Shown here: positions 14,101 to 25,129 of the stretch, in pieces
Numbering within the stretch: position 1 is the first letter of the stretch
Layout: each line of letters opens with the position of its first letter
Source of the DNA: Klebsormidium nitens
Taxonomy: Eukaryota; Plantae; Klebsormidiophyceae
DNA length: 64,000 nucleotides
Direction of reading: 5' to 3'
NCBI GenBank assembly: GCA_000708835.1
Contig: DF237056.1
Coordinates: 1-64,000 of the forward strand
The notes under the pieces: model-generated
Databases searched by the model: none
Seen by the model: only the letters and a program-made list of their open reading frames with translations
Told to the model about the DNA's origin: nothing
Position numbers and translations under genes: made by a program

Positions 14101-17100
14101 TTCAGAAGTGCTGGTATTCAGAGAAAGAGATGCACTCCCATTAACCATTTGTCCTGACAGCGTTCATGAGTCAGGCCATGACGGACAAGATTACAGAAGA
14201 TTTACAATAGCAAACGAAGAAGCTGGCGTCCTCGTCGCACCTGAGCGAAGCCATCCGCTGCAGCAATCATCTTCCCGTACTTCTTCCCGAGGTCCTTGGG
14301 GATCTTGCCGTCCTTGGCCATGTCAGGCAGGCCCTGGGCGCCCTTGATGTTGGTGCCCAGGCCCAGGGTGCGCGAAGTCTCGCACGCAATCACAACCTGG
14401 TCACCTGAACACCCAGCAGGCATGAACCATCAGATGAGGCCTTCTCATCCCACATGAGCGTGGTGGATTCCCCGCTGATTCAGCAACAAGGAAATAACAT
14501 GCAAGACGAAATCAGAATCCATCGGAGCGCGCTCAAAACACTTTGTTCTCAAAACCAAAACTCCATCTTGGCTGGCTTGAGAAGCTTGCCAATGCCCAGT
14601 GGCATACCATCCAGGCTTTTTGGCTTTTTGAAACAAAAAGCATGTCTGCTGCTCCACCAATGTAAACTCAAAGTTCTGCAAAAGGATGGACCCTTGGAGT
14701 GGGAGCAGCACATACCCGTGATCATCTTAACGCCAACGCCATACTCCATTGCCCTCTCAATGGTCCTCTTGGTGTCAGGACGAGGAGGATCCAAGAAGGT
14801 CAAAATTCCCAGCATCTCCCACTGATCATCAGTGCCTTCCATGGTGCGAGCGACAGCGAGGCAGCGGATACCGCGCAGCCCAAACGAATACACAGTCGCC
14901 TCCAGCTCCTTGGCAATCTGGACATGAAGCAGCAACCCAGGCACAATCAGCCACCACAGGAGTCGCCGGCGTCAAGCGAACTTCACGAGGCTGGGAGGCA
15001 TAACAGCCAAAACTCTGGAGCGAGCTTGCCAAAGACATGATGCCAATTGCACCCATGTCTGGTCAAAGTTCTTGATTTTGCAGGACTTCCTCAAGACTAC
15101 GGTGAGCAACTGCCAAACTAAGCGAAAGATGTAATTGCTAAGAACTTGCTGAGCTCCAGAAAGACCAGACCTCAAACCTCCACAATAAGGCATCTTATAG
15201 GACGATGTTTGATGTAAGGATTAGGACGATGTTTGATGTAAGGATAAGGGAAACGACTCTTGACCCCGGCCATCTCAAACTCTTTTTACTGCGTAAAAGC
15301 TTCCAGACCATCACAGCTGCGAGCCTACCGCTTTTACAATCTGATCTTAGGCTGCGTGGCAATTGAAGCCTAGACCATGTTCCTGAATCTTACCTCAGCC
15401 TTGTTGTGGCAGAGGTTCATGATAATCTGCGGAGCGCCTTTGGTCGTCTTGAACTTCTTGCCATCAGGACCCACCAAAGTTCCCTCAGTCCTCTTAACAC
15501 TGGGATCAAACGGCATGTAGTCAACCTGCTGATATTCGTCGCACTTGGCCAGGGGGGCAGTTCCTGCAAAAGCCACCAAATGAGAGCTGAGTGCCACCGC
15601 TCAGCACTTGCAGATGTGAAGAGTCCTGCTCATGCTTCTGCAGGAAATAACCTGACCTGTGAATCCACTGTCACACCTGATGGAAGCGCAAATTGCATTG
15701 AGGCACACCCTTGAACACGGACCAGATACTCGTCCCCCAAAGGTGTCCCCCAAAGGTGCCCTGAGCCGCTCCAGTGACCCACTCACCCAGCACCATGGTA
15801 TCAAGGGCGTCCTTGGCAGGCTCCTTCCACTTGGCAGCCAAAGCGGCAGCCAGGATGACATCGTCGCGAGTCACGCCGGCAGTGTAAATGGGGCACTCGT
15901 CCTGAAAATAATAACACAAGGAAGGTCCGTTACTTGCTCCATCATCAAACAAGTGTGCATGCAGCGATGACAATAAAGCACCAAGAAGTGTAAACACTTT
16001 TGCAATGCAGAAAGGCCAAGACCGGACAATTCAGCAGGGTGTATGGCTGGCTCTTTGTTATGATACTTCAATGAGCTTGTTGCTGCCACTCCCTACGCCC
16101 CATCTACCGACTCTGACCAGGTGGAGGTCAAAAGACTCGAGCAGAACTACTTCAGCGGATTTATTCATGTAAGCAGATTCGGAGAACACTGCTCCAGTCC
16201 CTACTCATCAGGTGAGCAGACAAACACTCCATGCACCGAGCAGCAGGGGGAAGGCATTCTTACCTGGATAACCATCTTGTTAAGGGTGAGAGTGCCAGTC
16301 TTGTCAGAACAGAGCATGTTCATGCCAGCCATCTCCTCGATGGAGACCAGACGAGTGACGATGGCGTGCATCGCAGCCAGTTGACGGGACCCCAGGGCCA
16401 GAGTGCAAGTGCACACAATCTCAATAGCAATGGGGATGGACGCCACCAGCAGGACCACCACAAAAGATAGAGCCTTCTTGAAGCCTGCACAACAAGGGAG
16501 GCTCAGCAACCGCCCGTGTGTCGCACCGAAAGAGCTAGAGGGGGAGCAAGAGGGCCATACCAGTGCAAGCCTGGCCTGCAATAGGATTCAAAGTTTTTAA
16601 ACGATCTGACGGTGAGATGCTAGCAATAATGACCACCTACAGGAGAGGGGATGCAAGAGAACACTTCTTGTCAAAGCATGCAGGCAATCCACAGGATTGT
16701 TGCCTGAATAACGAACGAGAAATAAAGTGTAGGTTTCAGCGCAGAATGACAGGCGGACTTACTTGTATCCTTGTCAAAGATGAGGTACAGAAGTGCGATG
16801 AAGCAGAGCGTCAGTGAAATGACGACCAGGACAAACATGATCTTCAGCAGAATCTTCTGCAAGTTGCCAAGCTCGTCCACAGTCTGCAACATTGTCGCAG
16901 TCTTGCCGAAGAAAGTGTTCTTGCCCGTGAACTGTCAGAAACAAGAGAAAATCATCAGACCCAATGTGTATTCTTGGATCTACAGCGAATGTGGCAAAAA
17001 GCAGACTACTTCATAAGCTGCATCACAGGATTGCAAAAGCGTGCTTGACCTTGACAAACACTGATGTGCCCGGAAGCCGGCATTGCTATTCGACAGTAAA

Positions 17101-18848
17101 ATCCACATGACATAAAATGGTGGCTATGCCCTCATGCTAACCCGTCAAGGACTTTCTAAGCTAGCACAAGCCTTCGAAGCCATCAAACCCCAATTGCTCC
17201 TACCTCCACAGTGCCTTCCACCTCCCCCCTGGTGATAGTAGATCCCATCTTGGGCGCATCACCACGGCGCATCGTGACAGGAAGAGACTCTCCCGTAAGA
17301 GCAGACTGGTCCACCTCAATGCGACCCTCATTAACCTGTGCGATCCAGGTTTGCCAGATCAGCTGGTGCTCGGTTGGTACTTCTGGATTTTGCTCAATAC
17401 TGCAAATCCCTGAAGATCTGGCACTGGCCGCATTGTCAGTAGTCTTACCTTGACAAAGGGTGTAGCTGTCTCACACAAGGACGGAGTGCTCAAGAAGACA
17501 CGCCCTCAGGGAAGGTAAGCAGCTAAATCCTCAATGCTGTGAAGACCAAAGCCTGACCTATGCAAACCAGAGTGTTCCCACAATATATGGGAAGCCTGGC
17601 TAGAACAAAAACCATCATGCTCTAGCAACAGTGGACTCCTGCGCTTTACCTGGAAAAAGCATGACCCCACTTGCTTACCCTGCAATCTGCTGGGACTGCT
17701 GCTCCCGCATTGAGACCAACGAGGTCTCCCGGAACGACCACCCTGGCATCAATCTGCTGCCATTTGCCATCACGTTTTACTGTTGCAAATGGCTTCAGGG
17801 AAGCCTTCAGCGCAGCAACAGCATTGGCAGCCTTCGTAGTCTCATACCTGACGAAGAAATAGAGGCAATCAGACAACAAAAGAGCCTACAATAAACCTCA
17901 ACAATCAGCCCATGATCGCACACAAAAAGAAAAAGAAACACACCTTGATCAGCCCATGATCGCACTCAAAAAGAAAAAGAAACACACCTTGAACAATGCT
18001 GCAAGAGAACCGAAAAAGAATCAGTGATCGGGACAAAAGCGACACTACAGCACCTGATATCGAAGGCAATGTCCCGCGGAAGCTCACCAACCGATAGTCG
18101 CATTGATAAATTGGATGCCTAGCAGGATGCCCATGTCCAGCCAATTCTGGATAGCTGCCTCCACAATGATAGCGATCCAGATCATAATGGGCATTGGGCC
18201 CTTCAGCTGAAGAATAGGAAGATAGACAACATAATTTGTTAGACATCTGAGAATGGAAATCAATGATCGTGTTCGCTCAGATCTGGATTCAGAATTCAAG
18301 TTAAGCTTCAGTTGTCGACTTCCTTTGGAGGAAAAAGATTATCTTAAGCATCAGAAACATGGTCACCAAAAAGCAAAAAGCTCAAAGGACATCGATGGGC
18401 ATACAGCTGCTAATGTCCAACAGAAGGACCTTAACATGCGACCTACCTGCTTAAGGTAGACTAGCCAGCTGGGAGTGACCTTCTCCTCTAGCTCGTTCTT
18501 GCCATGGATGTGCAAAAGCTCCTTGGCCTCTGTAAAATGTAAAAGATGCTATCAGAAACACAACGCACTGACAAGTTACTCCAACGACAAGAGGACGTGT
18601 CTGGTCCAAGTACATCACATGAGAAGACGAAACTCAACCGGCTGCTTGCTTTCGAAGTGAGACAGTGCTTTCGCAACAAAGAGGAAGTGGGTACAAGACT
18701 TACGATCTGAAGTGAGACCCTCAGAGAACTCAAATGGCTTCTCATCCACATCCTTGGGCCCCCCGAACTCTTTGTTACCCCCAGACTCCTTCTCTTCTAG
18801 GGCGGCCACATCCACTGCTACTGCCTCTTGATCCTTGGCATCTGCCAT
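11130..18848 (-). CDS. PMA: P3A-type plasma-membrane H+-ATPase, chlorophyte/protist-like, without the penultimate-Thr C-terminus
   Basis: Motifs seen: [76 protein letters not shown] (phospho-Asp), [20 protein letters not shown] and [15 protein letters not shown] (proton-acceptor Asp). ATG at 18848 (MADAKDQ); last exon ends [11 protein letters not shown] at 11130. Confidence 0.96.
12575..12598. repeat. (CAGCCT)4 microsatellite in an H+-ATPase intron
   Basis: Four direct copies seen. Confidence 0.85.
15198..15245. repeat. Intronic tandem duplication, 2 x 24 bp
   Basis: TAGGACGATGTTTGATGTAAGGAT occurs twice head-to-tail. Confidence 0.9.
17904..17991. repeat. Intronic tandem duplication, 2 x 44 bp with one mismatch
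   Basis: ATCAGCCCATGATCGCAC(A/T)CAAAAAGAAAAAGAAACACACCTTG occurs twice. Confidence 0.92.
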
Positions 18849-19856
18849 GGCTGCGATCAGCACAGGCAGTGCTCAGGTGGCACCCGGGAACTATTTAGAA
18901 CCTCCAATACTTGCCAGCTGCACAACCAGAAACTTAGAGACAGTGAGGACCCTTTTGTAGGCAGTTTGGTGCATACACTCACACGGCTCCTGCAAGAGGG
19001 TCAAAGATTACTCCCAAGGAGAACCCCCAGTGGACACTCGAAAATCCAATGTTGCGGTCGTACAGGCCCAGAACATCTGCAATCTCTCAGATCTTCAAGG
19101 GGCTTACAAGAGCAAATACCAACGGCACCATAAATTTTACTCCAAGGTTCCAAAAGGAACTTACCACTACCAGGCTTTCCGAGACAGCAGTCCTAGTCGT
19201 TCCATGAAAAAAGCAAGCAAACAACAAGACATGGGGGGGAGTTTCACAAAGCAGTAGTGCCTGCGGAGAGCACGCTTGAAAACTGCAGACATGATAGGGT
19301 CCACATTTTACAAAGAAAGCATCGCAATCACTTCAACCTGCCCTAGGCAATTAGAAGCCATGGGCAGCCTCGTGAATGCTAAACTGTGCCAATTTAGAGA
19401 AGTGACTTACCGGCTGATAGAAGAGGACGTTCCCGAAGAAAGAACTCTCTCCCCTCAGTCCGCCGCACAGGACCCCGACCCTCCCTTCAACTCGGAACAG
19501 GCGGAACAAACCTTCAGAGACAACGATTCATCACCAGATTCCTAAATTCCCCTCGAGAAACAACCTTGGAGTTGGTTGCATCAACATCCTTTGCAGCCTT
19601 TCAATTGCTTCATGCTCTCTTGCCTGTGTGCACTGTGCAGCCTGCTGCGTGCACGGAATCGAGGGCAGATCGAGCAGCAAAGCCAATCATGTGGTCAGTC
19701 ACAGTACCTGTTGCAGTCCTATCAAGCGGGAACCGGTACGTACCGGCTATTGGCAGGCCGCACCGCATCTGCAATCCAACGGTACCGTACCTTCCGTACT
19801 TCCTACCCTAGGGGCCAGGGCCTACCTACGGTACCTACCTACCGTATCCTCCTCAC

Positions 19857-21097
19857 GGGATAGTATCAATCCAGGCCGGCCTGGATCCAGGCCCGCAATC
19901 TCCGGACAATCCAGGCCGTCGATAACACGGTCCTGCCGGACCCTCCGAGTCCCGACACCTTTCAGGCTAACATTTTCAACCGAAGTTGCCCTGGTTCCCG
20001 GGACTGGCCAGCCTACTGGAGGCAGTTCTCCCGGGTACTCAGGTCTCAGCTAACAAGTTCAAAACGTATGGTCTAGCACTGCTAGCCACGTTCTACACGG
20101 TTAACATTTCAAATTTATACGTCAAATATACTGTACAGGTACAGTGACAGGCGACAGTTACCGGGCAGTTACCTAAACCTGATTCACATGTCCATTGTAC
20201 TGTGTACAGTCACAATTCCCACGTACTGCGCTATACCGTAGTCACAGAGGAGCTGGGTTCACATCGTACATTTACAGNNNNNNNNNNNNNNNNNNNNNNN
20301 NNNNNNNNNNNNNNNNNNNNNNNNNNNNNNNNNNNNNNNNNNNNNNNNNNNNNNNNNNNNNNNNNNNNNNNNNNNNNNNNNNNNNNNNNNNNNNNNNNNN
20401 NNNNNNNNNNNNNNNNNNNNNNNNNNNNNNNNNNNNNNNNNNNNNNNNNNNNNNNNNNNNNNNNNNNNNNNNNNNNNNNNNNNNNNNNNNNNNNNNNNNN
20501 NNNNNNNNNNNNNNNNNNNNNNNNNNNNNNNNNNNNNNNNNNNNNNNNNNNNNNNNNNNNNNNNNNNNNNNNNNNNNNNNNNNNNNNNNNNNNNNNNNNN
20601 NNNNNNNNNNNNNNNNNNNNNNNNNNNNNNNNNNNNNNNNNNNNNNNNNNNNNNNNNNNNNNNNNNNNNNNNNNNNNNNNNNNNNNNNNNNNNNNNNNNN
20701 NNNNNNNNNNNNNNNNNNNNNNNNNNNNNNNNNNNNNNNNNNNNNNNNNNNNNNNNNNNNNNNNNNNNNNNNNNNNNNNNNNNNNNNNNNNNNNNNNNNN
20801 NNNNNNNNNNNNNNNNNNNNNNNNNNNNNTTGGACTACGGTAAACAGTTAGACTTTAACAGTGACTGTTACAGGTATAGGTTACGAGTCACAGTTACACT
20901 TACTAGAGAAATCAGTAGTTCCGGTAGTACAGCCTCCACTGGGCACACATAGCCAGTCCCGGGAACCGTGGCACGGTTGTGTGGATGAGACTTTTAGCCT
21001 GAGGCTGTCGGAACTTGGTAGGACCGTGTTATCGACGGCCTGGACCATCCGGAGATTGCGGGCCTGGATCCAGGCCGGCCTGGATTGATACTATCCC
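19857..21097. mobile_element. Non-autonomous long-TIR DNA transposon (Mutator/MULE-like) spanning an assembly gap
   Basis: The left end GGGATAGTATCAATCCAGGCCGGCCTGGATCCAGGCCCGCAATCTCCGGA is the exact reverse complement of the right end. Imperfect TIR similarity continues for roughly 170-190 bp. Flanks CTCCTCAC / CTCCTGAC form an 8-bp TSD with one mismatch. Confidence 0.8.
20278..20829. other. Assembly gap (N run)
   Basis: Continuous Ns. Confidence 1.
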
Positions 21098-21499
21098 CTC
21101 CTGACTCGGAGTTCCGAGTCCTGACTCCTTCACGTTTCACACGAAAGGCCCGAGCACAGAGCTTACACCTGGGTAGGTACCGTAGTACGGTATCTGCTGG
21201 GTAGGGTACATACTAGGTACAGACCTAGTACAGACTTCAGTCTCCCAGTCTCGAATGTCGACTCGAGCTGGTGGCTGCTCAGGTTTGCAAGGGACCAAAC
21301 TTCAAAGTTCAAGGCCTAGAGGCACAGGTCCATCGTTACTGTGGACCGTACCTTGATGATCGGCGACGGCGAAAACCGTCCGATTGTACAGGCTAGTGGT
21401 CGCTTTTCCATCCGGTACGTACTAGGTACTTGGGGTCCGGTTCCTTGGGATGTACCTAATACCGTACGACGGTATACCGTAGTTGGCACGGTTCACCAT

Positions 21500-21717
21500 C
21501 AGGGTTTCCCACGGACTTTTGTCCCGGCCGGCCAGCTGCCGGCGCGCCCCCGGTTCTGCCGGCTCGGTAGCCAGCATTTGGTTTACCGGCCGGCTGAGCC
21601 CACTAAGCGCCTGCATTTTCTGCCGGCTGACCAGCCGGCAGGGTGCCTTCGGCACCGGCCGGGGTCTCTTCTCGGCCGGCCAGGTCCAAGTGTAGCTGCC
21701 GGCTGTGGGAAACCCTG
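21500..21717. mobile_element. hAT-family MITE, 218 bp
   Basis: TIR CAGGGTTTCCCAC...GTGGGAAACCCTG, perfect 8-bp TSD TTCACCAT on both sides, interior full of CCGGC/GCCGG repeats. Confidence 0.92.
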
Positions 21718-22004
21718 TTCACCATGCATGCATCCGGTACTACATTGGTACCGGTCGGTTTTCTTGACCACGTGGTAAATCGATGAGTTCAGAGTTTCCT
21801 ACTGGTCAAAAGTCGAGCGTTGGCCTGGCTGTTACCGAGGAGGTATTACCGACGATCCAATAGCCTGAAATACCCCTTGAACCTGAGGCGTCCAGAACCG
21901 GAGGTCGAGACCGGTGGACATAGGTACCTTCAGAAATCCTGCTTCATGCAAATGCCGAAATCAGATGAAATCATGACCTCGACCGGCTCACCTACCTGGG
22001 TACC

Positions 22005-22501
22005 TAGGCTGCCTCCACACTGGGGGATACTTGGGGATACTGGAGTACCCGGCTACTTCTCAAGTTTCTCCGAGGAACCGGGAGCTCTTCCGCAGAATGC
22101 GGGAGCTGAAGTAGCCGCTTCCACACCGGGGGCTACTTCGGACATCGGCTACTTCCGCCGGTCGCTGTCAGCGTGCCACGTTGACACAAAGATTCGCGCA
22201 ATCATTCAAGAAACCAGACTGTCGGTGTTCGCACGCGTCCGGTTCAACAACTGGACCGTTATGCTGAAATCTGATTGGCCAACCGCCGAGTAGCCGGCCG
22301 AGTAGCCTACTTTTTGAAGGATACTTGCCGGGCTACTCGTTTACACGTGAGAAGGCGAAGTAGCTTCCGATCATCGCGGAACACAAAGTAGCCGGGCTGA
22401 GTATCCCGCAGTCTGGACGGGCTACTTGCCCGGGATACTCCAGAGGGGGGTACTCGGAGTAGCCGACGACCCAAGTATCCGGCAGTGTGGAGGCAGCCCT
22501 A
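22005..22501. mobile_element. hAT-like MITE, about 497 bp, with subterminal repeats
   Basis: Left TAGG-CTGCCTCCACACTGGGGGATACTTGGG aligns with the reverse complement of the right end, TAGGGCTGCCTCCACACTGCCGGATACTTGGG. Many GGCTAC/GTAGCC and GGATAC/GTATCC motifs in both orientations. GGTACCTA occurs at both junctions, but the left end appears about 3 bp short. Confidence 0.8.
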
Positions 22502-23333
22502 GGTACCTACAGGCAGATCGCCCGATTTTGAGAACAGCAGAGCATGCGTGACGGACGCTTCGCATTGGCTGAAATTTCACTCGAGGGCGCAGTCTTGACT
22601 GAGAAAAGTGGAACCGGTAAAAAACTTGGTGTCAGAAGTGAGGAAGCCTGAAGGCCTGTCGATCGAACGGCCTCTATGTCTCGTTGGGGAAGTGCCTGCC
22701 CCTATTGAACGGTTCCAAAGCACTTTTGGGCCTTGTTCCGGACCCGGCGGTCTACCTGCCTAATCTCAAAGTTGTGCAGGTTGTAGGACCTGGTACCTAC
22801 CGAGTAGGGAGGTGTATAGGTAGGTAGTACAGACCGTAGGTACACGGCGGGATGTTCTGGGTACATGTCGGAGCCTGAACTGCGTGTCCTTTAGGTACAT
22901 GGTTCCCACACACTCAAGGATCTCGGGATCCGCGATCTACCGTGTTCAGGTAACAGTACTTTGTAATCTAAACCAGGTTTGTAGTCTTTCGATGCAGATT
23001 ACCTCGTTTTCGACAGCGAAGCAAGTCGAGAAGGGTCGAAATACTTAGTTCCGCGGGTCATCTAAATGTGAAAGCGTCAGATGCTCCATCCCTGTCAGGT
23101 GTTTCTTAACTGGACGAGTATCTCTACGGGTCACCTTACTCGAGCAGTTTAATACCAGTAGAGCTGCGTGGGTAACGCTGGGAGACAGTGAGACTGGGTA
23201 GATACCGTATGGTACCACCGTACCAGGAATCCTTGTGCAGTGCAGAGTGTACTGGGCTTGTGACCACTGAGAAATACAGAAGTACCTACCGTAGTTCCTA
23301 GACTGCGATAGGGTAGCAATGGCTCAGTAGCTA

Positions 23334-23623
23334 CCGTAGTCCAAGGTAATGATTTCGAATAAATAAATAATTATTTGCATTCGGAAAGTCAGAAATTCGG
23401 ATTTCTCATTCGGAAAGTGGAAATTCGGAAAGATTAAGTAAATCTAGAATTGTCCTCGGAAGCCCCAAAACGGCCAAAATCAGCCTCAAAATCCCCTTCT
23501 TACTGGGAACATAGGGCATTCGGATTGATGTCGGAATCTGCATAAATAATTCCGCATTCCTGGTCGGATTGTTGGAAAATAATTCAAAATAAAATCGTTC
23601 GGAATCATCACGTTGGACTACGG
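23334..23623. mobile_element. Tc1/mariner-type MITE, 290 bp, TA TSD
   Basis: TA|CCGTAGTCCAAGGTAATGATTTCGAA...TTCGGAATCATCACGTTGGACTACGG|TA. AT-rich interior with repeated ATTCGGA motifs. Confidence 0.85.
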
Positions 23624-25129
23624 TACTAGCCATACCCTTGTGCTAAAACATGCTGCTTTGTTGTTAGTAGGTAATTGCTCGGTACTAAACTAGAAAAGAA
23701 ACGTTTTTTGATGAAGCCCGAACCCCGAAATTGCTTGTTTCTGCGCCATGGGCCCAGGTGCCTAAGCGTGTATTTAGAGAAGTGACCATACTAGACTACA
23801 GTATTCAGGTATCGGTGTTGTAGGTAATGATTGGACAGCTGTTGGACATCCGTTGGACATCCGACAGATCTACATGGGCGACTGTGCAAGATTTGTTGCA
23901 TAGGCGACCGGTGAGCGACCGAGGCATTTGAGCCGCCGGATGCTCTATCATTTCTGCTTCTCTAGCTGGCTTCCGATCCGTCGATCCAACATCTGCCGTG
24001 CAAATTTGAATTGGTCTTATTTCTAGCTTGTTACTTCCGAGTGCCTTCGGCACTTATCGGATGGTTCAGAGGCTCTCCAGAACTCATGAATTCGGAAGAA
24101 ACGTGCGGGAAACGTGCGGCGGCATGTTCGAGTACCATCCAATACATTAATGCTGCCTTGTTCACAATCTGTGCTCATGGCATGAGCGTATACGTACTTG
24201 CATACTTGGGCCATACAACCTGTTATTTAGAAGCTTCTATATGATGAGTCATTGAACCGTGATACGGGGATCCCTGCATGGGGGATTTAATATCTGGTCG
24301 AACTCCCACGCGGGTCCCACGCGGGCTTCGGCAAGAGGGTCCTGGCCCCCCGGGCCAATAATAGCCACATTGCCGGACGTTGCGCAGAGCTCAAATTTCT
24401 ACTTTGGCTGGATGTAGAAATTTTTTCAAGACGTCTTTGCTTATTTGTAGGATTTGGCCATGCTAGCACCGTTCCGCACCCCCCGCTTGACTAAGCAGGT
24501 TCTGGTGGAGAGCTCCCCCACGATCAACGCCGCCGCGACCCGTTTGACAAATGCATGAGGATTCGTGGCTTACCGGCCGGCGATTTTGAAAGGATGGAGT
24601 GCGGCTTTGGCTATAGCTCTTCAATCCTATAGATCGAAAGAGAATTGAATGAGTAAGAAGTGTGACCGACTTTTGCATCGAATGAGCCCATGCAATTGAC
24701 AGCCGGGTGTCCACATGCGTCTAGATATCAATAACCTCAGCTCGTAGCAATGGACCCATCGAAGCGGGATATATTCGTCCACTTGCGCCGTCAAGAGTTT
24801 CCAGCTAGATTCTTGACGTTTGGTCTTGTGACGGTCAAACGAGATCTAACACGCACATGGCTTGTTGAGACGGACATTGGACTGAGAGACGCATGCAATG
24901 AAAAGCTCCGCCAGCCATAAGCTGAATACTTAATTAAAAACCCATTAACATGGCGGCTAGTCCACAAGCGTGCGGCTAGCTTTGTGCAAACCGTTCCGGA
25001 TTAGTTAAAACTGGCTTGACGATTATTTAGTCCCTAGATGAAGCACGCGCAAAATACCAATGAGACACAAGCGCGCAGCTCGCTGGCAATGCAAGCTGTC
25101 GGCCGCAGTCCAACCCGGCAGTGTGGCTT

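Noticed and set aside
20195-20851. ORFs of 213-218 aa consisting mostly of X
   Set aside because: Artefacts of translating across the N gap; the same applies to ORFs spanning 48799-48961.
22510-22758. Possible further MITE (CAGGCAGATCGCC ... GGCGGTCTACCTG)
   Set aside because: Only an 11/13 inverted match, and no target-site duplication.
19690-23700. CRISPR-like array or viral insertion
   Set aside because: The repeats are inverted termini and irregular short motifs without a repeat-spacer period, and no viral hallmark ORFs are present.
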